Assembly (NCBI GenBank): GCA_963755995.1 | Contig: CAVWLQ010000003.1 | Location: 836,734-900,733 of the forward strand | Reading direction: 5' to 3' | DNA: 64,000 nt | Source: an uncultured Chloroflexia bacterium | GTDB lineage: Bacteria; Chloroflexota; Limnocylindria; Limnocylindrales; CSP1-4 | Shown: piece by piece, positions 45,119-53,227 of the stretch | Layout: every line of letters starts with the position of its first letter | Numbering within the stretch: position 1 is the stretch's first letter | Made by a program: the position numbers and the translations under genes | The notes under the pieces: model-generated | Database searches by the model: none | What the model saw: only the letters and a program-made list of their open reading frames with translations | What the model was told of the DNA's origin: nothing

Positions 45119-46054
45119 ATGACGATGCCGATGCCGCATCGCACCTTCGCCCAGGTGGCGAAGCGACGACTGACCGGCAAGGAAGGCCGGGAACGGATCC
45201 GCGAGGTGAACGCCTTGCTGGCCGAGCTGCCCGATTACAGGAACGGGCCGTACGCAGACCTGCGCAAGTGGCTGCTGTCGGAGATCGCCGACACGCGGGT
45301 CCGGGCGAGCGCGGTCCACCGCGATTCGATCGCGGTTCGGCGCGAGGGCGCCGCCCAGGTCGCGCTCGTCGGGCCGCCCAACGTGGGCAAATCGTCGCTG
45401 CTCCAGGCCCTGTCCGAGATCCAGATCAAGACCGGCGACTACCCGTTCACGACGCTCCGGCCGGTGCCGGCGTTGACCCGGATCGGCGGCGTGCTCGTCC
45501 AGCTGGTCGAGATCCCGGGTCTCATCGGCGGAGCCGGCGAGGATCGCGGCGGGGGCCGCGCGCTCCTCGGTGTCCTGCGCACGGTCGACGCGATCGTCTA
45601 TTGCTGTCGCGCGGGCGCCGACCCGGGCGAGCTGCGGACCGTGCTTGCCGAGGTCGCTGCGGCCGGCATCGACAAGCCGGCCATCCTGGCGGCGACCCGC
45701 GCCGACGAGGCCGCCGATGGCGCCGTCGACCGCCTGAGCATTGCGTTCCCGGATCTCGACGTCGTCGAGGTATCGGTCCTCGACGAGGCGTCGCTCGACG
45801 CGTTCCGGACGGCGGTCTGGGCGCTGACCGGGCTCATCCGGGTCCGGCTGCGGAAGGACGGCTCGGTCGACCCCGACCCGCTCGCGCTGGAGCCCGGTGC
45901 CACCGTGGCGGAGGTCGCCGACTGGGTCCATCACGACCTCGGGGCGACCTTCAGCGGGGCAAGGGTGTGGGGGCCATCGGCGCGGTTCGATGGCCAGCGT
46001 GTCGGGCGCGAGCACGAGGTCCGCGACGGTGACACGGTCGAGATCGTGCGCTGA
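45119..46054 (+). CDS. OBG-HflX-like GTPase of the DRG type with a C-terminal TGS domain
   Basis: G1 GPPNVGKSS, G2 YPFTT, G3 EIPG. The C-terminus LEPGATVAEVADWVHHDLGATFSGARVWG...VRDGDTVEIV fits a TGS fold. Confidence 0.8.
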   Translation: MTMPMPHRTFAQVAKRRLTGKEGRERIREVNALLAELPDYRNGPYADLRKWLLSEIADTRVRASAVHRDSIAVRREGAAQVALVGPPNVGKSSLLQALSEIQIKTGDYPFTTLRPVPALTRIGGVLVQLVEIPGLIGGAGEDRGGGRALLGVLRTVDAIVYCCRAGADPGELRTVLAEVAAAGIDKPAILAATRADEAADGAVDRLSIAFPDLDVVEVSVLDEASLDAFRTAVWALTGLIRVRLRKDGSVDPDPLALEPGATVAEVADWVHHDLGATFSGARVWGPSARFDGQRVGREHEVRDGDTVEIVR

Positions 46055-46208
46055 CGACGGCGTCCGGCGCATCGCATCGGCCGACTGGACGGCGGGTCGC
46101 ACCGAGGCGTAGGCTGGCCGGGACGGCGGGGTCATGGCTCGATAGTCCTCCCCCGAACCGTCCCGGACTGACCCGTCGGGACCTGTCCCGTTTGGCCCGA
46201 AGGGGTGA

Positions 46209-47672
46209 TTGTCCGGCCCTCGAGCCATCGGCCATGCTCGGGGCCCGATTACGAGGTACCCCAATTTGCCTCCGGCCGTCGCCCACCTGTCCACGCGCCC
46301 GTCACGCCCGACACTCATCGCCACGGCGATCCTGTCCGCGCTGTTCCTCTTCGGGATGACCGCGGTCTCCACGCCCGGGGCCGTCTTCGCAGCCACCTAT
46401 CCGAAGGCTGCGCTCTGCCCGGCGAACCTGCGCACGTCGGCCTCGACCACCGCGCGGGTCCGGACCTCGATCCACACGGGGGCGAAGGTCGGCGCGGTGA
46501 CGCGGGTCAAGGGTGCAGCCTGGCGCGCGACGTGCGCCGGCAAGGTCGTGTCCGGGACCTCCTGGTTCCGGATCTCGACGGTGAACGGCAAGTCGGTCAA
46601 GGCGCAGTACGGCGTGACGTACCTGTACGCGGCCACGGGCCTGTTCAAGGCGGTCGTCGCGCCACCGGTCACCAGGTACGCCGCGTGCGGCACCTATCTC
46701 CGGACCAGCGCGTCGACATCGGCCCTCAAGAAGATGGTGCTCAAGGCCGACACGAAGGTGACGGTCAGCACCACGGTCGGCGGCGGAAGCTGGAAGACCA
46801 CGTGCGCCGGCAATGCCGTCGCCGGGTCATCGTGGCACCGGATCACGGCGATCAACGGCCAGAGCGTGAAGGCGCTCTACGGCGTGTCCTACCTCTACGG
46901 GGCGTCGGGCCTGTTCAAGACCGCCGTGACGACATCGTCCGTCCCGAAGCCGACGCCCAAGCCGACGCCGAAGCCGACACCCACTCCGCCGCCCGGCGCG
47001 ACGCCGAAGCCGACGCCCGCGCCGACGTCGCCGGGCATGAACCGGACCGAGGGGATCGACGTCAGCCACTGGCAGAACACGATCGACTGGAACGCCGTCT
47101 GGGCCGCCGGCAAGAAGTTCACCTACATCAAGGCGTCCGAGGACATCGACTACGTCGATCCGCTGTACACGACGAACCGCACACGCGCCAAGGCCGCCGG
47201 CCTGCTGGTGGGTGCGTACCACTTCGCGCAACCCAGCAGCGAGGTCGGCGACGCGATCGCCGAGGCCAACCACTACGTGGACACGGCGACGCCCGCCTCG
47301 GGCGACCTCCTGCCGGTGCTCGACCTCGAGCGGAGCGGCGGCCTGACCCAGGCGAACCTCACGGCATGGGTCCGCGCGTACCTGCAGCGGATCTACGAGC
47401 GCACCGGCGTCCGTGCCGTCATCTATTGCTCACCGAGCTTCTGGAAGAACTATCTCGGTGACACGACGTGGTTCGCTGCCAACGGCTACAAGGTCCTGTG
47501 GGTCGCCCACTGGACGACGGCCGCGCAGCCGCTCGTCCCGGGCGCGGCCTGGGGCGGCAACAACTGGACCTTCTGGCAGTACACGTCGGACGGCTCGGTG
47601 CCCGGGATCTCCGGCCGGGTCGACCTCAACCGCTTCAACGGGACGAACTTCACCAGCGTCCGGATCCCCTAG
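46209..47672 (+). CDS. secreted GH25 muramidase (lysozyme) with two N-terminal SH3b-like repeats and a Pro/Thr/Lys linker
   Basis: Signal-like segment LIATAILSALFLFGMTAVSTPGAVFA, two ~78-aa repeats, a PKPTPKPTPKPTP linker, and the GH25 core GIDVSHWQNTIDWNAVWAAGKKFTYIKASE...GAYHFAQP. The start codon is uncertain. Confidence 0.8.
   Translation: MSGPRAIGHARGPITRYPNLPPAVAHLSTRPSRPTLIATAILSALFLFGMTAVSTPGAVFAATYPKAALCPANLRTSASTTARVRTSIHTGAKVGAVTRVKGAAWRATCAGKVVSGTSWFRISTVNGKSVKAQYGVTYLYAATGLFKAVVAPPVTRYAACGTYLRTSASTSALKKMVLKADTKVTVSTTVGGGSWKTTCAGNAVAGSSWHRITAINGQSVKALYGVSYLYGASGLFKTAVTTSSVPKPTPKPTPKPTPTPPPGATPKPTPAPTSPGMNRTEGIDVSHWQNTIDWNAVWAAGKKFTYIKASEDIDYVDPLYTTNRTRAKAAGLLVGAYHFAQPSSEVGDAIAEANHYVDTATPASGDLLPVLDLERSGGLTQANLTAWVRAYLQRIYERTGVRAVIYCSPSFWKNYLGDTTWFAANGYKVLWVAHWTTAAQPLVPGAAWGGNNWTFWQYTSDGSVPGISGRVDLNRFNGTNFTSVRIP
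46416..46919 (+). repeat. in-frame 270-nt tandem duplication encoding the two SH3b-like modules of the lysozyme
   Basis: Residues 70-147 (C.ANLRTSAST...SWFRISTVNGKSVKAQYGVTYLYAATGLFK) and 160-237 (CGTYLRTSAST...SWHRITAINGQSVKALYGVSYLYGASGLFK) align along their whole length. Confidence 0.65.
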
Positions 47673-47678
47673 CCCGGT

Positions 47679-49442
47679 CTAGACCGCGTGCACCGGCGGC
47701 TCCAGGGGCCGCGGCACGAAGGCGACCTCGGTCAGCTCCGCGGTGGCCGCGTCGAGCGCCAGAGTGAGATCCACCTCGCCACGATCACCGGTCAGGCGCC
47801 ACGTTGCCCGGGTCGCGCCATCGGACGCGATCGGGTCGCCGAGGACGACCGGCCCGAACCGGGCCTCCGTCGCGCGGAGCGCTCGGGCGATCGCATCGAG
47901 GTCCAGAGCGGCCGCGAGGTGAAGCTCGGCCGGCCACGCGGGACCGGGCGTGGCAAGTGACGCGGTCAGCCGGCGAGCGATATCGGCGAGCTGCGCCGGC
48001 GGCTCCGGGACCGAGGTGACGGTGAGCCCCTGGACCCGCGACGGCTGCTCCGGGCTCATCAGCATCTCGACCCGGACGCGCCCGCGTTCGCCTCGCAGCC
48101 ACCAGGCCAGGTGTGCCGGCGCGTGGCTCTCCGGTTCCACCGACGCGTCGGGCGCGAGCGATCCGTGGACCGCCTGGAGGCCCTCGATCGCGGTACGGCG
48201 GCGGGCGACGGGCTCGTCGAGCTCGACGTTCATCGAGAACAGGGCCGCCGCCTCCGCGTCGTCCCACCGCGCGAGCAGGCGCTCCACCGCGGCCCGGGCC
48301 TCGAGCGTACGGGGCCACGGAACGACACGGCGGACGCGCTCCGGCGATCCGCCCACGAGACCCGCCAGCGCCTCCATGACCGGTCGGTACATCGGCGTGT
48401 AGCGCGCGTTGGCGACCGCGAGGACACCCATCCCGGATGCCGGGTGCCACATCATGTTCGAGCCGAACCCGGGGTAGCCGCCGCCGTGCCCCACCACCCG
48501 GCCGAGCCGGAGATCGTCGGCGACGAAGAGACCGTATCCGTAGCCGCTGCTGAGGAGGACCGGAGGGGCCTCCGCGGACGACCAGATCAGCTCGGGATCG
48601 ACCGACCGCCTGGCCTGCTGCATCTCTCGGCGGGTCGCGCGACGGAGCGGGTGACCGTCGTCCGGCCCGTCGCGCGGCGGGAAGGCATCGGTGAAGCCGG
48701 CGACCCAGCGGGCGAGGTCGGCGATCGAGGTGAACACGCCGCCCATCGAGGCCAGCGCCCCATAGCCGTCGATCGGCTCCTCCTCCCAGGCGTCGTCGCG
48801 CCGGACGTACCCGTGGGCGAGGCGGTCCGACGGGATCTCGTCCACCAGGTATGTCGTGGCGGTCATCCCGAGAGGATCCAGGAGGCGCGTCCGGACGAGA
48901 TCCCTGTATTCGACGCCGGAGCTGTTCGTGATGACCCGGCCGAGGATCCCGTAGCCCAGGTTGGAATACTCGAAGCGCGTCTCGGGCGGCCACGCCGACG
49001 GCAGCGACTCGCGCAGGAGGTCGAAGAACGGCCCGAACGCCAAGCCCTGTTGCCGGTCGCCCCACGGATCGTCCGTCGGCAGCCCGGCCGACATCGTCAG
49101 GAGACTGCCGATCGTGATCGGCGGCGAATCGGCCGTCCCGGCGGCCGCGGTCGCGGCCAGCTCCGGGACCCACGTCGTGACCGGATCGTCGAGTCGCAGA
49201 CGCCCTTCGTCGCGGAGGAGGAGGACGGCGGAGGCAGTGAAGCTCTTGGTCATCGAGGCGATCCGGAAACGGCTGTCCTCGTCGGGCGGTGCGTCCGTTC
49301 CGACCCGGAGCGTGCCGTGGCCCCTCGCGTGCGCCAGGCCCCCGTCGACGACCACGCCGTACACGAGCCCCGGCGCGACATCCCGCGCGGCGAACCGCTC
49401 GAAGACGGCGTCCACCTCGGCCAGGGCATCGCTCAGGGTCAT
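47679..49442 (-). CDS. serine hydrolase of the beta-lactamase / PBP4*-like family with a C-terminal extension
   Basis: 587 aa. SxxK motif ASMTKSF, YxN motif FEYSNLGYG, and a HGG-type third motif (VVGHGGGYPGF). Confidence 0.85.
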   Translation of the reverse strand: MTLSDALAEVDAVFERFAARDVAPGLVYGVVVDGGLAHARGHGTLRVGTDAPPDEDSRFRIASMTKSFTASAVLLLRDEGRLRLDDPVTTWVPELAATAAAGTADSPPITIGSLLTMSAGLPTDDPWGDRQQGLAFGPFFDLLRESLPSAWPPETRFEYSNLGYGILGRVITNSSGVEYRDLVRTRLLDPLGMTATTYLVDEIPSDRLAHGYVRRDDAWEEEPIDGYGALASMGGVFTSIADLARWVAGFTDAFPPRDGPDDGHPLRRATRREMQQARRSVDPELIWSSAEAPPVLLSSGYGYGLFVADDLRLGRVVGHGGGYPGFGSNMMWHPASGMGVLAVANARYTPMYRPVMEALAGLVGGSPERVRRVVPWPRTLEARAAVERLLARWDDAEAAALFSMNVELDEPVARRRTAIEGLQAVHGSLAPDASVEPESHAPAHLAWWLRGERGRVRVEMLMSPEQPSRVQGLTVTSVPEPPAQLADIARRLTASLATPGPAWPAELHLAAALDLDAIARALRATEARFGPVVLGDPIASDGATRATWRLTGDRGEVDLTLALDAATAELTEVAFVPRPLEPPVHAV

Positions 49443-49478
49443 GCGACGAGGGTACCCTCCCGGCCGGGCGCACGAAAA

Positions 49479-49565
49479 TGCTCGAAGGAACCGGCGATCA
49501 CTAGCTGTTCCAAACCGATGTAAACAACGGGCCGGATCACTAGATGTTCGTGGCTCCTTCGAGCA
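49479..49565. other. lower-GC intergenic element: 11-bp inverted repeat enclosing two 15-nt direct repeats
   Basis: TGCTCGAAGGA (49479-49489) pairs with TCCTTCGAGCA (49555-49565). Inside are GATCACTAGCTGTTC (49496-49510) and GATCACTAGATGTTC (49535-49549). It lies 37 nt upstream of the serine hydrolase ATG (minus strand). Confidence 0.4.
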
Positions 49566-49618
49566 CGTTCAATCTATCGCGCGGGGACGGTCCGGCGGCT
49601 CACAGAATGGGCCGCCGG

Positions 49619-49636
49619 CATCGCAGGCGTATCGCA
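49619..49636. repeat. copy B of the exact 18-nt intergenic repeat CATCGCAGGCGTATCGCA
   Basis: Identical to 39687-39704. It lies 22 nt downstream of the rhodanese stop codon. Confidence 0.5.
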
Positions 49637-49657
49637 GTGGCCGCCGGACCGGGTCGG

Positions 49658-50974
49658 TCAGGCGGCGGTCCCGTCCTCGACCGTCTCGGGCTCGCCGAGC
49701 TCGATCGGGTTCTTGATCGGGTCCTGGCTCCACTCGAACCAGCCGCCGTCGTAGACGGCGATGCGCTGCCAGCCCTGAAGGTACGCGTAGAACCAGGTCT
49801 CACTGGCGCGCCAGCCGGTGCCGCAGTAGAAGGCGACCCACTTGTCGGGCGTGATCCCGGCCTCGTCCCAGTTGGCCGCGATCTCCGGGTAGGCCCGCAT
49901 CGTGTTGTCGATGTTCCGGTAGTGCTGCATGTGGTACGCGTCGGTACCGCAGTTGCCCCAGACGTCGCCCTTGATCCGCCCCGCCGGGCCGATGTAGTTG
50001 TAGCCACTCACGTTGCCGATGTGCTCGCGCCAGGTCCGGACGCTCACCAGCGCCGCCCCGGCCGGATCGGCCAGGATCTCCTTGGCCTCCTCGATGTCGA
50101 CGATGACCTCCGGACGCAGCGGCACCTGGACGCCGAACGCCTCGACCGGGGTCGGGCTGCGGAGCTCGGTCTCGACCGGATTGCCGGCCCGGACCCACCA
50201 GTCGTACCCGCCGTCCAGCAGCCGGACGTCATCGACCCCGGCGTAGCGCAGGATCATCAGCGCGCGCGTCGCGGCGATCTGGCCGGCGCGGCGGCCGGGC
50301 CACTTCTCGTTGGCCTCGCCCTCGGTGTCGCGGCCGTACACGACGATCGTCGTGTCATTCGTGATGCCGAGGCCTTCCAGTGCCGCGGTGATCGCCGCGG
50401 GCGAACGGCGGTTCCAGTCGGCCGGATCCTCCAGCCAGTTGGTGTCGAGGAAGAGCGCGCCCGGGATGTGCGCCTCGGCGTACTCCTCCGGCACCCCGAA
50501 GTTGACGTGGAACAGGAGGAAATCGCCCGTGGGTGCCGCCTCCGGCTTGCCGCCGTCGAGCACCTCGCGGAGCCACTCGATGTCGACCAGCTTGTCGTAG
50601 TTCGCGAGGCGGTCGAGCGGCAGGGACTCATCGGCGGTCCACTCCGCGGCGCCGCCCTCGTAGACGCGGGCGCCGTCGATGCCGAGCGTCTCGAGCTTGG
50701 AGACGAACGTGCCGGCCTCGGCCGCGCTGTCGCCGTACACGACGATGTCGCGGCCGGCGGTCACGCCCTTCGAATCGAGCAGGCGCTCGATCTCGACCTC
50801 GTCGACCGACGAGAGCCAGGCGATCGGGAAGGCGACGGCGCCGGGCACGTGGCCGCCGCGGACGGCCGAGCCCCGGCGCCAGCCGTTGTAGGCGACGAGG
50901 GGCCGGACGTCGACGATGGTGAGGGTCGGGTCGTCGAGCCGGTCCCGGAGCTCGCTCGTGGAAATGGTGGTCAT
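49658..50974 (-). CDS. thiosulfate/3-mercaptopyruvate sulfurtransferase-like protein with three rhodanese domains
   Basis: ATG 50974 has GAGGA 7 nt upstream. The protein runs MTTISTSELRDRLDDPTLTIVDVRP... The C-terminal active-site loop is AFYCGTGWRAS. The track start (TTG 51031) lies inside the terminator hairpin and is rejected. Confidence 0.85.
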   Translation of the reverse strand: MTTISTSELRDRLDDPTLTIVDVRPLVAYNGWRRGSAVRGGHVPGAVAFPIAWLSSVDEVEIERLLDSKGVTAGRDIVVYGDSAAEAGTFVSKLETLGIDGARVYEGGAAEWTADESLPLDRLANYDKLVDIEWLREVLDGGKPEAAPTGDFLLFHVNFGVPEEYAEAHIPGALFLDTNWLEDPADWNRRSPAAITAALEGLGITNDTTIVVYGRDTEGEANEKWPGRRAGQIAATRALMILRYAGVDDVRLLDGGYDWWVRAGNPVETELRSPTPVEAFGVQVPLRPEVIVDIEEAKEILADPAGAALVSVRTWREHIGNVSGYNYIGPAGRIKGDVWGNCGTDAYHMQHYRNIDNTMRAYPEIAANWDEAGITPDKWVAFYCGTGWRASETWFYAYLQGWQRIAVYDGGWFEWSQDPIKNPIELGEPETVEDGTAA

Positions 50975-51014
50975 GGATGCGTCCTCGTGTGCGAAGGTGC
51001 GGCTGAAGGGCAAC

Positions 51015-51037
51015 AAAAAACCCCTGGCCAACAGGGG
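51015..51037 (-). terminator. canonical intrinsic terminator (GC stem plus U6) only ~40 nt upstream of the rhodanese start codon
   Basis: The minus strand reads CCCCTG-TTGGC-CAGGGG-TTTTTTG (stem 51037-51032 / 51026-51021, T tract 51020-51015). It is unidirectional, because the plus-strand reading has no U tract. Confidence 0.6.
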
Positions 51038-51221
51038 GAGGGATGCGGTCCGGCGTGCGGGTCAGGTTGTTCGCACGCCTAGATACACCACCTGCCCTGC
51101 TTGGCAGAGGGGCGACACGAACAGGCGCAGGCGAGCGTGACGAGAGTCATCGTTTCCGGATTGTGGCACGAGGGACTCTCAGCTGGCAAGACAGCGACGG
51201 TTGCAACTCGGTGGCGAGTGG
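51038..51221 (-). ncRNA. candidate structured leader / cis-regulatory RNA (unassigned family) preceding the terminator
   Basis: A 184-nt non-coding stretch after the YcaQ-like stop. Perfect stems: GGCGTGCG/CGCACGCC (51079-51072 / 51059-51052), GAGAGTC/GACTCTC (51180-51174 / 51148-51142) and CTGCC/GGCAG (~51106-51091). A possible TTGCCA-N18-CACAAT promoter lies at 51189-51160. No match to any riboswitch consensus I can recall. Confidence 0.3.
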
Positions 51222-52361
51222 CTACCGTGGCTCGCGCGGCTCGAACCGGACGTCCCGCGTGACGGACGTCGGGGCGAGGAACGCGAGCAGCGCCGCGCCC
51301 TCGTCGCTCAGGGCCGCCGCATCGCCGGGCCCGAGCGGGACGATCGGGCGAAGCACGAGATCGGCCACGTCGCGGCCGCGTTCCCGCTCCACGCGCCATG
51401 TCCCCGCCACGAACCCGTCGACCGTGTAGCTGCTGATGGACTCCTGGGTGACCGGGGCCACGGCACGGGCGACCTCCGCCGAGATCGCGCGGGTCCGGTC
51501 CGCATAGGACAGCAGCAGGTTCTCGAAGTCGTACAGGAAGCGCGGTGGAGCGGGCGTGTCCGGATCCGGGCGCGGGGCCTCCGGGACGTCGAACAGCTCT
51601 CGTCCGGCGTCGTCGCGGAAGGTCACGAGACCCGGCCGCAGACGGTCGACGACCTCGGACAGCCGGGTCAGGCCGCACCACGCCTGGACGTCCATGACGC
51701 CCGCGGGCCCGAACGCGCGCAGGTAGCGGAGGACGAGCGCGTCGAGATCCGGCCGGTCCGCCGGCGGGGTTCCGAGCCACGCCTCGATCGAGGTGTGGGC
51801 GATCGGCCCGCTCCGGCCCCACAGGCCGCGGGGCGGGACCTGGATCAGGGGCACCGCCGTCCGGACCTGCTGCTCGAGCGCGAAGCGGTCGCGGTCCGGC
51901 CAGCGCGTCAGCAGGTGGTCGCCCAGCGCCTTGAACGTCCGCGGCTCGGCATCCACGTAGGCCCTGCCCATGGCCACGATCTCGTCCGGGTCGACGCCGA
52001 CCAGGCGCTTCCCGAACTGCCCCTTCTGGACCCGGTCCATGACCGGCTGGACGAGCGGGCGCAGGCCCCAGGCGTCGCGTGCCGTGACCAGGTGGATGGT
52101 CCCGCGCATGAGCGCGAGCCGGACCACGCGTCGGTCGACGATGAGGTCCGACAGGTCGTCAGGCCGGAACTCGTGAAGCCGGGAGAACAGCGCCGTGTAC
52201 CAGGTGTGCGGGGTCTGCGCCTGGAGCCCGACGAGGTCCTCGAGGGCGTCCGGGATCGACAGCGTCGAGCGTTCGAGGAGGAGCTGCCGCGCCAGCGTCG
52301 CTCGGTTGAGCCCGCGCAGGCCGATCCGGTCGCCGCCGGGATGCCGGGTCATGCCGTCCAT
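51222..52361 (-). CDS. winged-helix HTH_42-superfamily protein (YcaQ/AlkZ-like DNA glycosylase)
   Basis: The protein contains LNRATLARQLLLERS...LEDLVGLQAQTPHTWYTALFSRL...RLALMRGTIHLV...FLYDFENLLLSY. This is the family pattern, with a Q-A-Q catalytic-type motif. Start is ATG 52361 or 52352. Confidence 0.8.
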   Translation of the reverse strand: MDGMTRHPGGDRIGLRGLNRATLARQLLLERSTLSIPDALEDLVGLQAQTPHTWYTALFSRLHEFRPDDLSDLIVDRRVVRLALMRGTIHLVTARDAWGLRPLVQPVMDRVQKGQFGKRLVGVDPDEIVAMGRAYVDAEPRTFKALGDHLLTRWPDRDRFALEQQVRTAVPLIQVPPRGLWGRSGPIAHTSIEAWLGTPPADRPDLDALVLRYLRAFGPAGVMDVQAWCGLTRLSEVVDRLRPGLVTFRDDAGRELFDVPEAPRPDPDTPAPPRFLYDFENLLLSYADRTRAISAEVARAVAPVTQESISSYTVDGFVAGTWRVERERGRDVADLVLRPIVPLGPGDAAALSDEGAALLAFLAPTSVTRDVRFEPREPR

Positions 52362-52435
52362 GGTGACAGCCGGGAACCACGGCCGGCGCGGCGGTGTATG
52401 GAGGACGACCGCGTTCCTCGCTGGAGGTTGCCACC

Positions 52436-53023
52436 ATGCGTCGCCTCGCCGCTCCCCTGTCGCTCCTGACCCTCGCGTCGGGCCTGCTCCTGTGGCTGGC
52501 CGCCGTGCCCGCCGCGTCGGCAGGTGACCCGTGCTACCACGACTACGTGCTGCCATCTGACACCAGCGCGTCGACGACGCAGGTCAAGCTCCTGCCGTGC
52601 GCGTACAGCCCGACCGTCACGGTGGTTCGTGTCGGCGCGACGGTGACCTTTGCCAACGTGACCGACTTCACGCATCTCGTCACGGGCGCGAACCAGGCAT
52701 GGGGCTCGCGCGACGCCGAGGTCGCGCCCGGCAAGACCGTCAGCTACACCTTCGACCAGGCCGGCACGTACCCGTACGCGTGCGCGCTGCACCGCGGGAT
52801 GTCCGGCACGATCATCGTCGGCGACGCGACGCCGGCGGCAGCGGTCGCAGGCGCCGGCACGACCGGCAGCACACCGACGGCCAACGCTGCCCAGCCGGCC
52901 GTCCCGCCCGACGGGCGCCTCATCCTCGTGAGCCTGCTCGTTGGGGCGCTGCTCGGCGGTGTCGTCGCGTGGCTCGCCTCGCGGCGCGGCCCGGTGCGTC
53001 GCACGGAGTCCGTCGACGCGTGA
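52436..53023 (+). CDS. type-1 (blue) copper cupredoxin with a signal peptide and a C-terminal membrane anchor
   Basis: ATG 52436 has GGAGG 8 nt upstream. Signal peptide MRRLAAPLSLLTLASGLLLWLAAVPAASA. Ligands are His in FTHLV and C-x2-H-x2-M in YACALHRGM. C-terminal TM helix LILVSLLVGALLGGVVAWLA. Confidence 0.8.
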   Translation: MRRLAAPLSLLTLASGLLLWLAAVPAASAGDPCYHDYVLPSDTSASTTQVKLLPCAYSPTVTVVRVGATVTFANVTDFTHLVTGANQAWGSRDAEVAPGKTVSYTFDQAGTYPYACALHRGMSGTIIVGDATPAAAVAGAGTTGSTPTANAAQPAVPPDGRLILVSLLVGALLGGVVAWLASRRGPVRRTESVDA

Positions 53024-53052
53024 CCCGCGGCGCGTGATCGCCCGCCTCCTGG

Positions 53053-53226
53053 TCAGATCCGGCGGAAGACCATCCCGATGAGGAGGATCGCGGTCGCGGC
53101 GACGAACGCGATGATGCCGACCTTCTCCGGGAGGAACGTGCCGTACGTGCCGAGCAACCCGACGATGATCAGGATCAGGGCCACGATGATGGTCCGTGCC
53201 GTCGGTGCGAAGTTCGTGCGGTTCAC
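53053..53226 (-). CDS. small two-TM membrane protein (57 aa), below the track cutoff
   Basis: Manual translation from GTG 53226: VNRTNFAPTARTIIVALILIIVGLLGTYGTFLPEKVGIIAFVAATAILLIGMVFRRI*. GC3 is very high. It starts 1 nt after the stop of the upstream small membrane gene. Confidence 0.45.
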   Translation of the reverse strand: MNRTNFAPTARTIIVALILIIVGLLGTYGTFLPEKVGIIAFVAATAILLIGMVFRRI

Positions 53227-53227
53227 G

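Noticed and set aside
50975-51031. Track start (TTG 51031) for the rhodanese ORF, adding MARGFLLPFSRTFAHEDAS.
   Set aside because: The TTG lies in the loop of the terminator hairpin and the extension would be encoded by the U-tract. ATG 50974 has a proper GAGGA RBS and begins the conserved rhodanese N-terminus.
51038-51221. Possible TPP riboswitch (CTGAGA at about 51178 and ACCTGA at about 51066) or T-box (GGTGGTG at about 51090) identity for the rhodanese leader.
   Set aside because: CTGAGA and ACCTGA are ~110 nt apart instead of ~30-40 nt, and the intervening conserved TPP elements are missing. The T-box core GGGTGGTACCGCG is not present. The element is left as an unassigned structured leader.
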